Shown here piece by piece: positions 58,472-64,000 of a DNA stretch of 64,000 bases. Numbering within the stretch: the stretch's first letter is position 1; each line of letters starts with the position of its first letter. The DNA is from Phycisphaerales bacterium (GTDB lineage: Bacteria; Planctomycetota; Phycisphaerae; Phycisphaerales; UBA5793). The translations under genes were made by a program, and so were the position numbers. Location: assembly GCA_043101845.1 (NCBI GenBank), contig JBICHN010000011.1, positions 913,678-977,677 of the forward strand, written 5' to 3'. The notes under the pieces are model-generated. The model was not told the origin of the DNA. It ran no database searches and worked only from the letters and a program-made list of their open reading frames with translations.

Positions 58472-59989
58472 ATGAGGCCAGTCATGATTCGCACGACAGC
58501 CGTTCGACTTGCTCTCATACTGATCACGCTGACTTCCGCGGCGACTACCGCAGGCCAAGATTGTTTTCCCGCCCACAAGCTTCGACCTCGAGATGGGACA
58601 GGTACACAGGGATTTGGAACTGCGGTCGCTCTCACGCAGGATGGCACACTCGCCGTTGGTGCGCCAAGCGACGCCACCAAGGGATACGGATCCGGAGCCG
58701 TATATCTCTACAACGCGGCAACCGGCGCCGAGATGTTCAAGATCTATCCGTCGCAGCCCTTGAGGGGCTCGTATTTTGGCCAATCGATTGCCATCGATGG
58801 TTCTCAACTCGCCGTCGCAGCTCCGCAATATGACCATGTGGCGCCTCAAGCAGGGGCCGTGTTCGTCTTCGATGTCAATTCCGGCGCCGAACTCTTCGCA
58901 TTCAAGCCGGGAGATCTTGAATATCTCGATCGATTCGGCTCCGCCCTCGACATGGCGAATGACCGACTTATCGCTAGTAGCACAGGGGATACCGATCCGG
59001 GCACTGCCTACCTCTACGACCTTACTTCCGGTGATTTGATTCATACCCTTCTGCCGGATGCCTCTCGTGCCGGAAGCATGTTCGCTCAATCGGTCGCCAT
59101 CAACGACACGGGAATAGTTGCCGTCGGTGACTCAACCGACCGACTGAGCGACCCGACGCCTGGGGCGGTCCATCTCTACGACGGGTCGACTGGCGAGTTG
59201 ATGCAGCGAATCCTGTCGCCGCTTCCGGAGGGCGATGGGGGCTTCGGTAGTACGCTTGCGATGAACGATACATACCTCGTGGTGGGGGCCCCTTGGTCGA
59301 ATATGTATTCGATCCAGGCGGGAGCTGTGTTCGTTTACTCGATCAGCGACGGTTCTCTACAGTTCGAACTCATTCCAGACTCACGGGAAGCGTACAAGCG
59401 ATTTGGCTGGGACCTCGAAATTGTCGATGATGTGGTCTATGTCGCGGCTCCAGGGAATACCAGCATTGACGAGCGCGCGTATGCATTTGATCTCAAGACC
59501 GCAAACAGACTCAGGCGATTTCAACCGGCGTCGGCGAACATGTACGGCGACCTTGCCTATGACTTGGCCGCCGCTGGTGATCAACTTGTTCTTGGCGCCG
59601 AGCGTGAGTCTGGCTACAGCGGAGTCGCTGCAGGAAGTGCATACATTTATGATCTCACCGATTGTGCTCGTCGACTGATTCTCGATCTCGCCGATGTCAG
59701 ATGCCCTGCTCGCGGGCCGATTCAATTCAAAGTGCATGGAGGGGGCGTCGGCGAGGTCGCTCTCGTGTACTCGACCGGTGGATCCGGATCCTTCACAATT
59801 CCAAACGGCCAGACCTGCGCCGGCGTGCGTCTTGATCTGGCCGCACCGGTTCGACTTCTCACGGTCACGAGTGGTGACCCAGCGATCATTGACATTCCGT
59901 CGCTGCACCCGGGTGTTTGTGGCCATGTCATAGTGCAGGCGATTGACACTGATAACTGTCTTACATCGAATGTGATCGTGGTCGAATGA
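58472..59989 (+). CDS. Secreted FG-GAP-repeat beta-propeller protein with Cys-containing C-terminal domain
   Basis: Signal peptide; repeated FGxxxA...VGAP...GAVYxY units; lower GC than neighbours. Confidence 0.85.
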   Translation: MRPVMIRTTAVRLALILITLTSAATTAGQDCFPAHKLRPRDGTGTQGFGTAVALTQDGTLAVGAPSDATKGYGSGAVYLYNAATGAEMFKIYPSQPLRGSYFGQSIAIDGSQLAVAAPQYDHVAPQAGAVFVFDVNSGAELFAFKPGDLEYLDRFGSALDMANDRLIASSTGDTDPGTAYLYDLTSGDLIHTLLPDASRAGSMFAQSVAINDTGIVAVGDSTDRLSDPTPGAVHLYDGSTGELMQRILSPLPEGDGGFGSTLAMNDTYLVVGAPWSNMYSIQAGAVFVYSISDGSLQFELIPDSREAYKRFGWDLEIVDDVVYVAAPGNTSIDERAYAFDLKTANRLRRFQPASANMYGDLAYDLAAAGDQLVLGAERESGYSGVAAGSAYIYDLTDCARRLILDLADVRCPARGPIQFKVHGGGVGEVALVYSTGGSGSFTIPNGQTCAGVRLDLAAPVRLLTVTSGDPAIIDIPSLHPGVCGHVIVQAIDTDNCLTSNVIVVE

Positions 59990-60005
59990 CCCGGGTCCGG
60001 AAACT

Positions 60006-61643
60006 TCATTCGTAGCCAAACGCCTTGAGCAACGGGGCGAGCGCCGGCGCATTCGCTTTGAATCGCTTCGCATAGTGACGCCAGCGGCGGACTGATTTCG
60101 CAGAGACCGGTTTGACCACGGTGTCGTAGCTCGGCGTGGTCACCACGGACTCGGCAGCGCTCTCGTGAAACCGCAGCGCATGCTCACCCCACGGGAGTCC
60201 GGCGAACTCGTACAACGCCCTGGCCTCGGACTCGAACGAATTCGCGAGGTCTTCGTAGCGTTGTTCGCGCAGCGGCGCCGTGAGATCGCTGCGAATTTCG
60301 AGGTAGAGCTTCATCGTCGCCGCGTACATCTCGATGGTGGAATCCCATTCCAGAAACGCGTGATTCGTCGGGTTGAGGCGGAAGTCCTGCATGAAGGCGC
60401 TCAGACACGCGTCGCGCGGGTCGCGAATGACGACAATGATCGGCGAGCGGGGAAACAGCGCGTTGATCGTGGCGAGCTCGACGATGTTCATCGGCAGCTT
60501 GTCGACGAGCCTGCGTCCCTCAAGCGGACCGACGAGGCGCTCCGCTTCGCTGAAATAGACCTTGCGGAGGTCGCGGACTCGTCCGGCGTCGAGACGATCG
60601 AGCCGCACCACACCCTCGTCGAGCGCCTCAAATTGGTCGGCTGCGGCGTACTTGACCGCTTTGAGAATCGGCCGCTCGTCCGATGTGATGACATCCGGCG
60701 CCGCGCCGAGGATGCGCTCGATGAGTGTCGTCCCCGATCGGGGGAATCCAACGATGAAGATTGGATCTGCCGACCCGTCGGGAGTGGCTTCCGCCGTCAG
60801 TCTGGCCAACGCATCGGGATCGCGTCGATCCCGGGTGTGTTCGATATGGCGGAGGACAATGCGGTAGTCGAACGATCGCGCGCCCGGATGTCGTTTCGCC
60901 GCGCGACCGCTTCGAGTGAATGCGTCGAATGCGGCGTCGAATTCGCCGAGTCGATCGAGAGTGACGCCGTACTCATGCTCACCCTTCGAACGATGGCGAT
61001 CCGAGATCGACTCGTCCGCGAGCATTCGTTCGAGGGTCGAGCGTGACCGGTCGAGTTTGTCCTGACGACGATCAATCCTCGCCCGGATCACGAGCGCCTG
61101 CGCCGCGTCCGGTTCGATCGATAACGCGTCGTCGATTTCGCGGGAGGCGTCCTCCATACGGTTCAGTCGCTCGTGACACGATGCGATCAGGCAGCGGGCG
61201 ATGATCGATCCGGGGTCGATGCGCTTCGCGGCTTCGGCCGCTTTGATCGCCTCATCAACGCGGCCCGCGCCGAAGAGCGCGTCGGCGAAGGCGAGTCGAA
61301 ACTCAATTCGAGAAGGGTCGATCTCGATCGCCCGCGCAAGCCGCTTTACGCCCTCATCGACGAATCCGGTTCGCGCGAGCAGATCACCGAGGCCGAAGTT
61401 CGCGTCACCGGAGCGAGGTCGGGCGCGAATGGCCCGCTCGTAGAGATCGCGCGCTTCCTGCAGGCGCCCGGCGCGATGCGCCGACCGGGCTGCGGCCAGA
61501 TCGTCCTCGAAGGATGGCGACGCCGGACCGCCGGCGCCCGTGGCGGCGCCTCCACTCACCTCGTCGGCGCGCATACAGCACTTTTTGTACTTTCGACCGC
61601 TGCCGCACGGACAGGGATCATTCCGACCAGGACGCGTCGTCAT
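60006..61643 (-). CDS. SEC-C + TPR + sulfotransferase domain protein
   Basis: GRNDPCPCGSGRKYKKCC, TPR repeats, PAPS-binding FIVGFPRSGTTL, DKLPMN, RDPRDACLS. Confidence 0.92.
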   Translation of the reverse strand: MTTRPGRNDPCPCGSGRKYKKCCMRADEVSGGAATGAGGPASPSFEDDLAAARSAHRAGRLQEARDLYERAIRARPRSGDANFGLGDLLARTGFVDEGVKRLARAIEIDPSRIEFRLAFADALFGAGRVDEAIKAAEAAKRIDPGSIIARCLIASCHERLNRMEDASREIDDALSIEPDAAQALVIRARIDRRQDKLDRSRSTLERMLADESISDRHRSKGEHEYGVTLDRLGEFDAAFDAFTRSGRAAKRHPGARSFDYRIVLRHIEHTRDRRDPDALARLTAEATPDGSADPIFIVGFPRSGTTLIERILGAAPDVITSDERPILKAVKYAAADQFEALDEGVVRLDRLDAGRVRDLRKVYFSEAERLVGPLEGRRLVDKLPMNIVELATINALFPRSPIIVVIRDPRDACLSAFMQDFRLNPTNHAFLEWDSTIEMYAATMKLYLEIRSDLTAPLREQRYEDLANSFESEARALYEFAGLPWGEHALRFHESAAESVVTTPSYDTVVKPVSAKSVRRWRHYAKRFKANAPALAPLLKAFGYE

Positions 61644-61851
61644 CGGTTGCTTCGATTGCGTGTCAGATCCGAAGTCTCGCCACGACTGCACTCTAGCCGG
61701 CATGCGATGATCCCGATCGTGCGCTGACGACGCAATCTTTCTCGGACTGAGCGTTTCGCAGTCATGTCACCCCGCGTCATTGGCCGACATGAATCGCCTA
61801 CGATAGGTCGGACCCGGCACGGTCCGAGAACTCGCCAGGAGGAGGCCACGG

Positions 61852-62538
61852 GTGATGCACTTTGAGCGATCGAATGACCATGACCGGCAGGTGGAGCGAG
61901 CCGGAAGCGCCGCGCCGCCGATCCTGAATCAGGGGGTGCACTACCAGCGCACCCGCGAAATGACGATCGATGAGCTCCTGCTCGAGAATCGGGTCGTCTT
62001 CCTCATCGGCGAAATCAACTATGCGTCGGCTTCGCGGGTCATGATGCAGATGCTCTATCTGGAGAACCAGAAAAAGGGCCAGGACATCAACCTGTACATC
62101 AACAGTCACGGCGGCACCGTGGATGACACGCTCGCGATCTACGACACGATGCAGTTCCTGTCCGCCGATGTCGCGACTTATTGCATCGGGCGGGCGTACT
62201 CCGGCGCTTCCATCGTGCTCGCCGCCGGAACCCCGGGAAAGCGCTTCATGCTCCCGCATGCGAAGGTGATGATCCACCAGCCGCTCGGTGGAGTCGGTGG
62301 ACAGGCCGAGGATGTGCGCATTCAGGCCGAACAGATCATCAAGTCAAAGCGCACGCTGGCGGAGATCATTTCGCAGCACACCGGGCAATCGGTGGAGCAG
62401 GTCATCGCCGACTCCGAGCGGGACAAGTATTTCTCCGCAGCGGAGGCGAAGTCGTACGGCCTCGTGGATGAAGTGCTCGAGTTCGAGGCGCCCGGCGGGA
62501 AGAAGAAGGGCAAGAAGGAAGAGGCCGGAAAGGGCTGA
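61852..62538 (+). CDS. clpP: ATP-dependent Clp protease proteolytic subunit (paralog 1)
   Basis: YINSHGG, CIGRAYSG (Ser), MIHQP (His), DSERD (Asp); SD AGGAGGAGG. Confidence 0.93.
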   Translation: MMHFERSNDHDRQVERAGSAAPPILNQGVHYQRTREMTIDELLLENRVVFLIGEINYASASRVMMQMLYLENQKKGQDINLYINSHGGTVDDTLAIYDTMQFLSADVATYCIGRAYSGASIVLAAGTPGKRFMLPHAKVMIHQPLGGVGGQAEDVRIQAEQIIKSKRTLAEIISQHTGQSVEQVIADSERDKYFSAAEAKSYGLVDEVLEFEAPGGKKKGKKEEAGKG

Positions 62539-62601
62539 TTCACTCACCCGTCGCTTCTCGTGAACCACAGTTTGAACTTCCGGATCGAGAGGACTCGGAC
62601 C

Positions 62602-63231
62602 ATGTCGAATCTGGTGCCGATCGTCATTGAAAAGACTGGCCGCGGCGAACGGTCATACGACATCTACTCGCGGCTCCTCAAGGACCGCATCATCTTTCTG
62701 GGTGGGGGTGTCGACGACGATGTCGCGAACCTCGTCGTGGCGCAGCTCCTCTTTCTTGCGAACGAGGACCCGCGTTCCGATGTGCACTTCTACATCAACT
62801 CCCCGGGCGGCTCGGTGACGGCAGGCCTCGGGATTCTCGACACGATGAAGTATGTGCCCTGTGATGTCGCGACCTACTGCATTGGCCAGGCCGCGTCGAT
62901 GGGCGCCGTGCTCCTCGCCGGCGGGACGCAGGGCAAGCGTTACTGCCTGCCGTCGAGCCGCGTATTGCTGCACCAGCCGCTCATCGGCGGCGTCATGGAA
63001 GGCCAGGCGACCGACCTCGAGATCGAGGCCCGCGAGATGCTCCGGCTCCGCGAGATGCTCTACAAGGCCCTCTCCGGTTTCACCGGGAAGAGCTTCGAGA
63101 CGATCGAAGCCGATTGCGATCGGAACAAATGGCTCAGCGCCGACGAGTCGCTCGAGTACGGCCTCATCGATCAGATACTTGAGCAGACCTCGATGATCGG
63201 CGCGGGACAGAAGGAAGACCTCGATCACTGA
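62602..63231 (+). CDS. clpP: ATP-dependent Clp protease proteolytic subunit (paralog 2)
   Basis: LVPIVIE...[39 protein letters not shown]. Confidence 0.96.
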   Translation: MSNLVPIVIEKTGRGERSYDIYSRLLKDRIIFLGGGVDDDVANLVVAQLLFLANEDPRSDVHFYINSPGGSVTAGLGILDTMKYVPCDVATYCIGQAASMGAVLLAGGTQGKRYCLPSSRVLLHQPLIGGVMEGQATDLEIEAREMLRLREMLYKALSGFTGKSFETIEADCDRNKWLSADESLEYGLIDQILEQTSMIGAGQKEDLDH

Positions 63232-63304
63232 TCGAAGGGTTCAATCGAACCGGCGCGGAATTCGGCGGAATCCGGCCGTCCCCACTGTCGGGTCGAGCCG
63301 ATCG

Positions 63305-63313
63305 TGGTACACT
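63305..63313 (+). promoter_or_regulatory. Extended -10 element, likely leaderless promoter
   Basis: TG-G-TACACT then 6 nt then ATG 63320. Confidence 0.5.
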
Positions 63314-63319
63314 TCGGCC

Positions 63320-63535
63320 ATGGGTGGTCGCAGGTGGATGAAGCTCGCGCTTGCCGTCACGGTTCTGGGCTCTGGTGGCCTCTTCGGGTGTCAGAAACCG
63401 CTCTTTCCGAAGAGCGCGGATCGTACGCAGTACGACCAGTACGACCGGCTGCGAGGGCAGTATGTGCCTCCTACGAAAGAGGACTTCTACGGTCGCAGCG
63501 AGCCGGCCCTGCGGGAGCGTCTGCGCCGAAAGTGA
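63320..63535 (+). CDS. Small hypothetical lipoprotein
   Basis: Basic N-terminus, hydrophobic stretch, lipobox-like LFGC, mature CQKPLF...RTQYDQYDRLRG. Confidence 0.65.
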   Translation: MGGRRWMKLALAVTVLGSGGLFGCQKPLFPKSADRTQYDQYDRLRGQYVPPTKEDFYGRSEPALRERLRRK

Positions 63536-63699
63536 CGCCGGACCGTCCGATAGCGCGACCGGCGTTCGGCCGAACCGTACGAACGGTTGAGTCGAATGTT
63601 CATTTCCGCCGGATTTTGAAGGGAGCTTCGCGCGCGCGACGATAGAACGGATGTACGACGCCCATGATCGCAACCTCTCGCAGCGAGGGTGAACAGGGA

Positions 63700-64000
63700 A
63701 TGATGACGGCTCAGCGGATGCCCGGACGATCGACGCTCGTATGGAGCGCGTTTATCGCCTCGATGACGATCGTCGGTGGGCTTCTCGTTCTGAGCGATAC
63801 GGCCCCGGCGCCTCATGTCGGCGCCGGCTACGGGGCGATGGACGCCTCGATGTCCGTTCGAACCATGGATTCGATCTTCGACACGACCTCGAGCCTCAAT
63901 CACGAGCGCTGGACCGAAATCATCGTCTATGAGTCCGGCAGTCCCCGGGGAGACGCCGAGACGCTCGCTCGCGAAGCGCAGGCTCGTGGCCTCCGCGGCC
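63700..64000 (+). CDS. Partial membrane-anchored protein, possibly a degenerate Amidase_2/PGRP fold (runs off the window)
   Basis: Not in the ORF track; my translation MMTAQRMPGRSTLVWSAFIASMTIVGGLLVLS...RWTEIIVYESGSPRGDAETLAREAQARGLRG is open to the edge. Confidence 0.55.
   Translation, partial: MMTAQRMPGRSTLVWSAFIASMTIVGGLLVLSDTAPAPHVGAGYGAMDASMSVRTMDSIFDTTSSLNHERWTEIIVYESGSPRGDAETLAREAQARGLRG

Noticed and set aside
61580-61643. SEC-C motif as the split-off SecA zinc finger
   Set aside because: SEC-C + TPR + sulfotransferase is a common stand-alone architecture; nothing links it to secA beyond proximity.

Overview
High-GC bacterial chromosomal window; gene content and motifs suggest a planctomycete of the Phycisphaerae type (inference). 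It holds about 45 protein genes. I found no rRNA, tRNA, CRISPR array, prophage or transposase. Left to right: a five-PAS HWE kinase; an imuA-imuB-dnaE2 mutagenesis cassette with an upstream palindromic operator and a nearby SRAP gene; housekeeping genes (pyrE, ribF, NAD-GDH, oxoprolinase, transporters, pheS); an orphan Vsr-C5 methyltransferase fusion; a membrane locus with a P1B-ATPase, three SPFH proteins and an ABC system; a candidate arrest-peptide uORF ahead of an enlarged secA; then lgt, FGE, glpX, bshB1, pfkA, an FG-GAP protein, a sulfotransferase and two clpP genes. The main discovery is inside dnaE2: a ~485 bp lower-GC cassette carrying a complete four-helix-bundle (23S-IVS/Avd-like) gene in a shifted frame on the same strand. 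It is bracketed by inverted arrays of an 8-bp repeat and leaves the dnaE2 frame open, resembling an rRNA intervening sequence placed in an mRNA. Several start codons were moved from the ORF track using family N-termini and SD or -10 signals. Counts and GC values were made by hand and are approximate.
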